A stretch of DNA of 64,000 bases, from the NCBI GenBank assembly GCA_965637545.1, contig OZ281498.1, positions 4,030,001-4,094,000 of the forward strand, read 5' to 3'. Positions 49,657 through 60,282 of this stretch are shown piece by piece. The position numbers were made by a program, and so were the translations under genes. The stretch's first letter is position 1; each line of letters begins with the position of its first letter. The notes beneath the pieces were generated by a model. The model did no database searches. It saw only the letters and a list, made by a program, of their open reading frames with translations, and had not been told where the DNA came from. Source of the stretch: Phallusia mammillata. Lineage: Eukaryota.

Positions 49657-49959
49657 CAGGGATCGGTAACCCCTGGCACGCGTGCCAAGGTCGCGAGGTG
49701 GTTCCATGGCACGCCAACCGATTTGCCTGTTTATATTGTAGTAACAATTTAACCTGTTACACTGGTAGTTTATAGTATTTATCATGCAATTGTCTTAAAA
49801 TTCACCCTTTCATGAACAAAACATTCTGCTTTCTCTTTATTATTGATATCTGCTGGCACGAACCACTATTATTTTGGAAAACGTTGGCACGCGAGGTCAT
49901 TAACACACGGACACAACAAGTAAATTGGCACTCGTCGCCTGAAAGGTTGCCGACCCCTG
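49657..49959 (+). mobile_element. hAT MITE
   Basis: TIRs are CAGGGATCGGTAACC / GGTTGCCGACCCCTG, with a perfect TSD ttgtacag (49649, 49960). Confidence 0.88.
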
Positions 49960-50489
49960 TTGTACAGGTTTGAGCGCACGCGCTACGCATAATGCAAAAC
50001 TGCGATGCAATATTTACCATGACCGTTTATGGATGATCTGGAAAATACTTAAAACACTTTAAGGTTTTCGCAGCAAACAACCGTCATTGCCACGTATTAC
50101 GTTAACCGTACCACGTACTTCGCTACGAAAAGCGTACCGTACCAATTGACAAACATCAAAACGTGCCGTATCACCGTACCATACTTGAGGTTCGGTACGC
50201 AAAATTGTAGAAACTGACTTGTGACAGATTTGGATAATTTTGATGCCTAGCTGTCTAAAATTTTCTACGATGGACTCGTCCAGCGATAGTGTGTAATTTT
50301 CAACAGCATATTTTTTGTGTCAAATTATAATTTGTCAAATTATATAAACCAATAATTATTGGTGCAATAGATACCACAACATGTACAAATTTTATTTAAC
50401 TAACTTAGCAATCATTTACAAATGTGGAGTTAATATCTGTTGTTGTCATGTGGGCGTTTTAATACTAGGCCAACAATGCATATAAGTTC

Positions 50490-50672
50490 CATGGTGGGAT
50501 TAAATTTTTTTGTCAGCCGGTTCTATCACAAAGTTATATTTTTCAGCCGGTTCTGTTACAAAAAGTCCATTGACAGTAACCATCAGCAATGCTAACTGCG
50601 GTTCGCTGATCTCATAAAATTTCGTGAGACGGTTCTATAGAACCAGTGCAAACCGGCTGAATCCCACCACTG
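50490..50672 (+). mobile_element. MITE with (CAG/CAT)GGTGGGATT termini and CCGGTT repeats
   Basis: Ends are catggtgggatt / aatcccaccactg, with repeated cagccggttc motifs. No TSD is evident. Confidence 0.6.
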
Positions 50673-51326
50673 CATGTAACCCTTTTTTGCATAGCGGTCG
50701 ACCCAGTAAGCATAAAATATTAAGCAGTGACGTCATCAACTTTTTGAGTCCTCTTTTGGTACAGTGACCTTTTGTGATGAAATTATGTCATAAACAATTT
50801 AAATTCAATTTTTAGGCAATTTCGGTATTATCTGCTAATGGTAACGATTCAATCACGACTGTTTAATCAACATTTACCTCTCCTTTCTTTGCGTACTGTA
50901 CCAACGTACCGTACTTTTTGATGAATTTTGCTGTGTCCTTGGTCATTGCAAGTTCTCCCGTTCTATAGGAAAGGAGTGCTGTAAGAAGCAGCCCCTTGTA
51001 ACAAAAGTTTGTAGTTTGCCAAATGCTTGGCACAGTTCCATACATACATTTGAATAAAACTATCGAGGTAAATCATGTTTTTTTTAAGTGAACAAAGCAG
51101 CAAATTGTTTAAAAGACATGACATACTTTACCAATACTGAAAGCAAAAATAGTGTACGCGACCTCGGTAACGCAGCAGTCACAAGCAATTTTGCTAATAC
51201 AGTGCTTGGACGTACAGGAAGTGAAGTAAATCAGTTTGAAACCTTTGTTCGAAAATTTTTCATCGACTGAAAAGGAAATTATTATTAAGCTAATAAAACG
51301 TAGAACAATATTTCGTGTCTGTGCCG

Positions 51327-51478
51327 AAACGGTCCCCCAAATTTCTCCAGCGGTTTCCCAAAATTTGAAATATGGCTATTTTTTGCAAATATGGCTATTT
51401 TTTGGTATTTAAATGAAACACTTGCGGTCTCTTAAAACTACTTAGCGGTCACCCAAACCAAACCTTAAAAAAAACCTG
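51327..51478 (+). mobile_element. Second copy of the 25019-25186 MITE
   Basis: The internal sequence is near-identical, the right TIR is AAAAAACCTG, and the TSD is tctgtgcc / tctgtgcg. The left TIR is degenerate. Confidence 0.7.
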
Positions 51479-51672
51479 TCTGTGCGACTTTGTAACACGG
51501 TAAATTAGCCTTAGTTACAGAAGGTAGAAAAAGCAGAACAAGTTTTACTGAAAGACGGTATAAGAGGATGTTTAGAAAACTAAATCGTTGAGATGTAAAA
51601 GCATATTTTTCAACTGGGCATATCTTTCTTGATTGACCATTACGTGTGCACTGTAGGTAACTTACTTGCAAA

Positions 51673-53953
51673 ATGACTGTGGACGCACCGTTCGTTATTT
51701 TTCTCACAGGATTTTTTCTTGCTTGTTGTTCGACACAAGGAGTATACTCGTTGGTGTCAAGTTTGAACGTTGGTTCAGGACTATAGGTACTGTTTGTGCG
51801 TTTTGATACAACCACAGATAATTAACTTTTTGATTTTTGCGCAGGAACTTGGTCTTTAGCTCTTGCCTATGGAACTTCGCTTGCAGCTGCGCCATTGACA
51901 CCCGTTCTGGGTTGTATGTTCAGATGCAAGAAATTACAACTGGTCGCTGAAACAGCCTGGCTGTTGTTCATATTAGGAAATGCATACACATGTAAACACT
52001 GTGTAATTGGCCAATTTATACAACAATGTATGAACGACGAAAAAATAGAAAATATTATTTTTAAAATATTATTTTACAGATAGCAATATATATGTTTTGT
52101 GCAAAACGTACTGCATATGTAATCAATATTACCAATCATTAGTCATTCTCGAGATATGGAGACCTGTAGAGTTTGTTGCCAACGTAAAGAATGACCTCAA
52201 TAACATCCGCCCCTTTTAAATTGCAGCGTTTTACGCAGTGCTGCCAGCTGGATTATTTCTCGGAATCGGGGAAGCGTTTGGTTGGACTGCGACGCTCATT
52301 ATCACAACGTATTTTGCAGAACAGCAGGCCGGTGGCAAAGCTCACGCCAGAAACATAAAGAAACGCATTCGATACTATACTGGATTCTACTTTGGAGCTT
52401 TGCAAGCTGGTGTTGTGAGTGCACAATATTACGATAAGCAGTTTTTGTTGCTGTTTGGCGGAGACTGCATGTATATTTTGCAGGTTTTTGGAAACGCTAT
52501 CAGTTTTGCAGTATTACACATTGAAAGATTATTGTCAGACACACATATCGTGTCGAATTCCCCAAAAAGTTCGGTAAGCTACCGTGTTTGCGGTGCCAAC
52601 GATTGTCAAATTGCAAATGTAACCGACGCAAATGAACAACAATACAAGCCGGTTTTTCCAGCAACGCGGTATATCATCACGGCTTTATACGGTTTATTAA
52701 TGATGGGTGCTATTTTGTTGCACAGTTTAAAGTTGCCTACAGATATTCACTGGAATGCAACACTAGTACAACAAAACGTCGAAAACGAAGTTTCATTACA
52801 TGTTGAAGAACAAGAAACAAACCATTGTTCCAAAGCATTAAAAGAGTCGTTTTCTGACATGGGAAGTGATAAGATTGTCTTGAAAAGTTCCTTCAACAAA
52901 GACAACGATGAAATAATTTTTAATGACACACCGCAAGCAAAGGTACTTAACCGGGCATTTCTTATTGGCAACAATGTGCAAATCCAATATGTAAACAAAG
53001 CAAGAAATATGTCCATTTGTTGCTATACAGTGCTATAAGAATCTACGAATTAATTTTGTTCCGCGGTTAATTGTTTATATACTTACAGTTTCAACATTCG
53101 TCGCAAGTATCCCCCTTCAAAGTATTTACATCTACACTTAAGGCGACATTGCGGATATCTTTTACACAGAAACATCTTCTTGTCGTGTTGCTTCCAATAT
53201 ACAACAGCATGACTATAGGTTACGTCAACGGGGAACTCACACGAGCTTATTCATCGTGCATACTCGGAGTGGACAAGGTTAAAAACCAGTCGATTTTACT
53301 CCGTACATACCACAATAATATTTCGTTTTTGTGAAATATACTTTTTTAGATTGGGGTGTGCATGATGATATATGCAGTTACTAATTGCATCTTCTCTATT
53401 ATTATTGGAAAAATGGCCGGAAAATTTGGAAAAAATCTTCCATACTTCATTGCCTTTGTCATAGATTTGGCCTTGTACGTCTTCAGCTTGTGTTGGCAAG
53501 TTAACGCAAACAACGCATGGCTTGTATACGTTTTGTTTTTGTTGTTTGGCTGCTCAAACGGAATATGGCAAACTTTGAATGCAGGTATCCAAAAATTCCT
53601 TTTGCAAAACCTGGCTTAATATGCCGTTAAACTCTTTAACGCATTGTTTGTAGCTTTATACGGAGAATACTTTATCGAGGAACAAAAACTTGCATACAAT
53701 TTATGGAATGTGATAATGAACTTTGGTTTTCTTGTTCAATTTTCAATAAGCACAGCTCTGTGTGTTTATTTAAAAATTTACGTCCAAATAACAATCCTTT
53801 GTTCGGCTATTTTTACATACGGTAAGAATTTGGATGTATCGCATCATAACTGCAGAAAAAAGAATAAAGGTTTTTTTCGTTTTTTGAAAGATAGGGTTGT
53901 CACAGTTTATTTACTATCCTGGAGACGTTTGCAAGATTTATCAACGAACTTGA
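51673..53953 (+). pseudogene. UNC93A: UNC-93-like paralog H: intact except for a 2-bp TA duplication making TAG at the end of exon 1 (may be rescued by a cryptic donor)
   Basis: Exon 1 (51673-51786) is 114 nt versus 112 in G and I, and ends CTA TAG|gt. Exons 51845-51991, 52227-52414, 52484-52942, 53089-53277, 53350-53584, 53654-53821, 53895-53953 are open. The protein would be 518 aa if corrected. Confidence 0.7.
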
Positions 53954-54892
53954 ACGTCAAACCATCGAAAAGCATGAATTCTGCAGCAGCCAATAAAATG
54001 GTATATTCGTTAACAATAAGTGACATTTGAAATTTCAAACGTGTGTTTTCAAACACGGTTACAATACCAAAGCTTTACGTCAAGTGATTTCGGTGTGCAA
54101 AGTCCACATTTTCAAACGTTGCAAAACAAATCAAGGTGTATTGTAAAATTCAGGAATTTTTATTACGTTTCATTGGGTGAAGATTTTTTGCGTAACCTTA
54201 AAAAACAGTATACATCTTCGATTTTGTGTTTAATGCTCCTTATCAACTCGTGCAAGTTGATTAAAGCCCTCTGTCACAATTAGTAAACCTGACTGTACTA
54301 GGCTCTTTGATGTATCATGTGACATGTGCTATGTAGTAGATATAATGTACATACACACAAAGAAAAATACGCTTCCTTTTGATCAATTGTTGCATTTTGC
54401 ACATTTTCCATCCTCTTTTCGTAATTGTTTATTTCGCTTTTTTGCCAAACCTAATTGAATACCGTAGGAAGAATATCAAAACCATACAACTATGGGGTGG
54501 GCATTTTTTGTTCATTTGTTTCAAGTTACAAAAGTAAGTTTAGCAAACATTTTTTTTAAGTTACAAAAGTGAAAACTTGTTGCCCAGCAAAAAAGTTACC
54601 GGAAACGACCAATGTTGATGTATTAGCCTATAGTATGGATCACACACACACAAATAATTATGAGACATTCAAGCATTGACATTGCAAAACATTGTCGCCA
54701 CAAAACAGATTTATTCGATTAAATCGATCGAATCGATTTTTTTTTTACAAAATGAGTACCATAGCACTTTTTGACTGTTCTTTAAAACACATTTTGACAG
54801 TTGTCCTTTAGGTGAGCTCCACCTTTGATTTCTGAGTTCCTTTTATTTTATAACTCGCATGTTCTTGAACTTGCTATAAATTGGAAGCTTAA

Positions 54893-57331
54893 AGAGCCCC
54901 GGCACCGTTGTTATTTATCGTATTTTTATAAACACGATTTCAGGTTTTAAACCTCAAAAATCGAAGTTACTAGTCAGATATTTACGTTTTAAATCTAAAA
55001 ACACTGACACCTTGCGGATATTTTGTCACTTAGCTCAAACGTCATGTGACGTCACCTCGTACCAACGTGGTTTGGAGCGTGTTTGTAGTCGGTGGTTGTT
55101 AACGTTCTGCGACGCCAATTACGTTAGTCAGTTTAGGTATTATGGTGTTTAAATGTTTTCATTTTTACACTCAAGTGTGCAAAAATGCCTGCAGTGTGTT
55201 CTTTGTATGGTTGCAATTCGAGAGGAAATCGAAAAGGCCAGCAATATGACACTTTTTCGCTTTCCAAATGTTACATCGCTTTGTACATATGTTTATGTTT
55301 TTTGTGTTTCCCGCCAGTAGTCTTGATTCCTGTGTATGACGCAGTATTGTGCCACCTGCAACATTGTTTGTCACACTATCGGTGATTGTGATGTCACAAC
55401 TTTGGCATTGTTTATTGGTATCACGTCTTGTAAGCGAGACCGCCTCGTGTTTATTAGTGACTGGAACTTACAGCGTCTGCATGCGTTTTTTACCTGGTCA
55501 ATTATGTTTGTTTTTTGTGTAACGAACAGGAAAATTATGCTGTTTAGAAACTGAATCGTCCAATGTTTGACTTGAATATTTAGTGATCGGTAAGCATATG
55601 TTAAACCTTTTGGATTTGAATTTATGTGAAACCTGTATTCAGACGTGAATTCCGCCGTCGTCCAACCCGTGTTATTCTGAACCGAACTGTGTTATTTCGG
55701 TAAGATTATTGCTGCTTAAGTTTGCCGTCCGTCACTAGTGTGATTAAGTGATGTTTATGTGTGATGTTATTAGATGCTGTGTTTACACACCTTCTACTGA
55801 TCGCTTGCATTTAAACGACTCCAGTCCTCTAATAGTTTGGTAAGCGTAAATGTCATTGAAATTCGACTTCTGTTGCCTTGTCTTAATTTGAACATTTTTT
55901 GTAGAAACCGCCTTTTGACCCTTGTACTCGCCGTGCTGCTATACTCTCGAGCGCCATCTATCGGCCATATTGTAGAATAAAAGAGTTCGTTATATAGCTC
56001 TTGGCGTCTTGGAGTTAGAGCGCAAGGAAAGGCGCGTTAAAGACAGTTTTAGGAACACAAGCGATCGCCCCTGCTGTGCTGTCTGGAGGCGCATGGAGTC
56101 ACGCCTTCCGATAACAAAAGACAGCGCAACACCAAATATAAAGCGATTGCGGTCAGCTTGGATTAAATTTGTTAACGTGAAGAGAAAATGAAAGGGACCA
56201 ACGAAATACAGTGTTCTTTGTAGCCTACATTTCACAGATGAATGCTTCACAAATAAAATGCAGTATGACAGGGGTATGGCAAAAGTTCTGGTGTTAAAGC
56301 CAAATGCCATTCCATGTATTCATGAGAACAGTATTCTTCAGCAAGAAATGCCTTTGAGAGCAACTGCATGAAAAGTGAGCATACACCTTGAGCATACACC
56401 AGTATATTTGTTTTTATGGTTTTAAATTTAGGAATCTAAAAGAAACTGACAGCACTTTTTAACAAAGCATGTTGCTAAGAGTTGGGACCTTGGGTGAAAA
56501 GCTTATGCAACCACATGTATTGTTGTGCAGCAACGTCACAAGGGAATTCACAACTTATAGTTGACAAGTGGCTGTCAGTCTGGCAACGTAACTCTGAAGT
56601 CTTCCCCAGCACCATTCAACAAATTTTCTGTAGGCAGTATATCTGTAAAGCCTGAATACATAGAGGTTGCTGGTGGCATATTGCATGTTAGTAGTTAGTA
56701 CAGTAAAACTTACTCGTGACGGGTGTTACCTTCATCATGATTTCCGAATTGACGTTGAAATCGATAACATGCTGCTTCTAATACATACACGTTGAGACAT
56801 ATCTTCAAATCCAGGATGTGCATTTATACAAAGCAGATTTGACTCAGAATATTCGTTGAACTTGGCTAACTGCTGTTGCACTTACTAATTTCATGGCAGC
56901 AAACACATGATTTTCTCTCCTCCATTATCGCATAGTTGGTAAATAAACACCTACAATAATTCTGTTACGTGAAAAATACCTTTTGTCAACAACAAAACAC
57001 CTACCTGTTTAAGCAAACAGTTGTTATTTATTGCTTAACTGTCAACTAAGTATCTACGTTAATTTTATCAGTTGTAAACAATAAAAAAATGTACGCATCA
57101 AAGGTAAAACAACAGCTGACCTGCGCCATTGTTAGAAGTTGGTACGAGGTGACGTAACAATCGCTGCTACATATCAAACCAAGGTGTCGCTCGAGAGCTC
57201 ATTGTTTGATTGAATATCTCAAAAACGACAAATCATAGGACAAAAAAAATTAGTGATTCGGAATCCCTGAATTATGGCAATTCTAAATATCTTAAATGTA
57301 GAAAAAGTCACATCGCCGCTGCCGGGGCCCT
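54893..57331 (+). mobile_element. Kolobok-superfamily non-autonomous element, copy 2
   Basis: TTAA TSDs at 54889 and 57332, with the same TIRs as copy 1. The THAP domain is more complete (LFRFP..KRLRSAWIKFVN..PTKYSVLCSLHFTDECF..LKPNAIP), and the central transposase segment is deleted. Confidence 0.85.
55269..56116 (+). mobile_element. Probable solo LTR (848 bp) inserted in the THAP coding region of Kolobok copy 2
   Basis: Termini are TGTTA...TAACA, with AATAAA at about 55976. Removing it rejoins FRFP to KDSATPNIKRLRSAW. The TSD is unclear because the flanks are A-rich. Confidence 0.6.
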
Positions 57332-58211
57332 TTAATAAATCTAAGGTAACAACTAACAATTAATTTGGATTACCCACAATACATGAAAATAAAAAGACAT
57401 GAAAAAAACACAGAAAACGGTTGTGGTGCTTGAGGTATCAATTTCCGTGTAAAATAACCCAATTACCACACTATGATGGAAAACGTTGGACAACAACGCG
57501 ACTTGCCATAGTGATTTGGACCTTCGTATAATTTCTATGCGAATGCGAAAACCAGACGAAAGAAAAAAAGGCAAAACCGGTGAAGCGTGCTCGTCGTTCG
57601 TCGTTGTTTAATCGTCGTTAGCAGCCGGAGGGCTGAAGCCAGTCAGCCTAGATTAGAAACAGCAACTTTAGCTGCAATGACCATCAGAATACGTGTTTGT
57701 AAAAAAGTGTTTTAGGATGAATGTGTACCTGTTTAAGATTAAACGGAGACTATAGAAAATGCGCTGGTAAGCCTACTACTATTGATCTCAAAAGCATGTA
57801 GGATATATCAGGAACATCAACTTGTGATAATGCATCCTCACAGTATGTTTGTTTAGTACTTTGTTTAAACAGCCAATTAACTCACGTGGGCAAATCCATA
57901 CTGCCAGCGGCATCACACAAATTTATGTGGTAAGCTATAACAGGTAATAGCATTGCACATCTTTATCGTTGAACGGTATGAAGTGAACAGTCAATGAAAA
58001 AGGTAAAACCAACCAAGCCAAATTCGGCAGTAAATGAAAGTACTGGTAATTAGTTTCGTCTGCCAAACAGTCATAACAAAATGGTGCGCGGTTTAGCTTA
58101 TGACTGTCAATTGATTATTACATCAATTGACGATCACATTGCATAAAGTTTTTCTTCTTATTTTGTCAGATATTACTTCGAACAGATTCGGCTTCTCTGT
58201 TACACTTATCA

Positions 58212-60282
58212 ATGGCTATTGACGTACCCTTTGTTCTTTTTCTATCCGGAGTTTTATTGTGTGGCTGCTCGAGTCTTGGAGTTTATAGTTTGGTGTCAAG
58301 CCTCAATGTCGATGAAGGACTGGGTACCTAACGCTGGTAACTTCCTGTGTTCTGTATTGTTGACAATCTGTACTGTTTACCAGGAACCTGGTCACTGGCG
58401 CTTGCTTATGGGACGTCATTGCTTATTGCAAATTTGACACCTGTGATTGGATGCTATTTCGGTTGCAAGAAGTTGCTGACAATTGCCGAGATCAGCTGGC
58501 TTCTGTTCATACTGGGAAACATGTATACATGTAAGTATGTTTTAAAGTGGTAACAAAGTTAATGAAATTGTTTGAATTCTATTTGACTTTTTTATGATAA
58601 ACTTTATTTGCACAACAGCGTACTACACGGTGCTACCAGCCGGCTTTTTCCTCGGTTGTGGAGAAGCATTTGGTTGGACAGCGCTTCCCATCATCACTAC
58701 GTACTTCGGCAAACGACGGGCCAGTGCTGACCCCGCTAATGTGGAGAAACATGTCCGATATTATACTGGATACTACTTTGGAGTTCTTCAGGGTAGCATT
58801 GTAAGAAACGTTGACAAAAATCATAAAAGAGATTGTTTGTTGGAATGTACGATATTTCTTTTGTTCATTGCAGGTTGTAGGAAATGCTATTAATTTTGCG
58901 ATCCTGCATATCGATAGATCACTTGCCGATGCCAATACATCGCACAATACGACCAAAAGAAACATTGACTACAGCGTTTGCGGTGCCAACGACTGTCAAA
59001 TTGGAAACATTACCGGTGCAAATATGGAACAATACACTCCAGCGTTCCCAATAACGCGATATGCCCTAATTGCAGTCTACGCAGTTTTAATGATTTGCTG
59101 TATTATATTGCACAGTATAGTTTTGCCTAATGACATTAACTGGAACTTGACTGTTCCAAAATCTAGTGCCAACCAAGAAATTGGTACTGCCCCCCTTGAA
59201 ATAGACTTGGTTGATCGAGATTCAAAGGGCACTGCCGCTGAAACGAACAATCGTAAGATCGTAGAAGAAAAGAGCTTGATAAAAGACTCAAGCGAAAAAG
59301 AAGAAACGGTATTGAAAATGCTTTTAATGTAGGTACAAAAACCAACTTAATGAACCTTTCATTGCAGGTTTCACTCAAAAACGTATTTATGACAACAATT
59401 AAGGCCACAATAAAAATTGCATTTAATCCAAAGCATTTGCTTGTGGTTTTGCTTGCAATTTACAACGGCATGACGATTGGTTTCGTCGTAGGAGAACTTA
59501 CAAGAGCCTATGCGTCATGCATTTTAAGTGTGGGCAAGGTAGGACATTGTTTTCAGGTCTTTATGGCATTAAGTATACATCAAATACAAATTACTTTGTT
59601 ATTTGAAAACAGGTGGGAGTTTGCATCATGCTGTTTTCAACTGCTGACTGCGTTTTTTCACTGATTGCTGGGAAAATGGCCGGAAAATTAGGAAGGAACT
59701 TGCCATATTTTATTGCTTTCGTTATTGATATCGGTTTGTATGTGTTTAGCATACATTGGGAGTTTAACGCGGGGAACGAATGGCTTGTTTACATCATATT
59801 TTTGATGTTCGGTTGTTCGGATGGAATATGGCAAACCCTTGTCACAGGTGCACGTTTTGCAGAACATAGAACTGTTTCCGTATTTTGACATTAACTTCGA
59901 TTTCTTTTTACTCTAGGAATGCAGAACATGTAAGCATGTACTAACATTGTAAATGACTTTTTATTTTTAGCCATGTACGGGGAATATTTCGTCGAGGAAC
60001 AGCAACTGGCGTTAAACCTGTGGAATGTGGTCTTAAACTTTGGTTTCCTAATACAATACGCTATGAGCACAGCTTTTTGTGTTTACACAAAATTATACAT
60101 CCAGATTACTGTTTTATGTGTAGCGGTTGGCACTTACGGTAAGTTGAAACTTTGAAGTATTCTTATGTAGCTTTCTAATAAACTTGCAAATTTCAGCAAT
60201 TTCGCAGTTCATATACTACCCTCCGGAAACTTGTAGAGACAGCGAAGTAACGAACGACCACGACGAAATTCCAAAGCTCTAA
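58212..60282 (+). CDS. UNC93A: UNC-93-like MFS protein, paralog I (8 exons, 511 aa)
   Basis: Exons 58212-58323, 58384-58530, 58619-58800, 58874-59308, 59368-59538, 59613-59847, 59971-60138, 60197-60282 total 1536 nt. Confidence 0.87.

Noticed and set aside
50863-51270. Two 60-aa ORFs on opposite strands upstream of H
   Set aside because: They are short, have no motif I recognise and are within chance expectation.
52415-52483. Stop-free 69-nt intron 3 in H read through by the ORF track
   Set aside because: It has good splice sites, and the equivalent introns in G (67 nt) and I (73 nt) are not multiples of three, so this is likely chance.
5288-59891. Many 60-110 aa ORFs overlapping UNC93 exons in other frames or strands (e.g. 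MVNAGQFVVQSIWS, MWRLDLGNH)
   Set aside because: They recur only because the underlying exons are duplicated, and they have no coding signal of their own.
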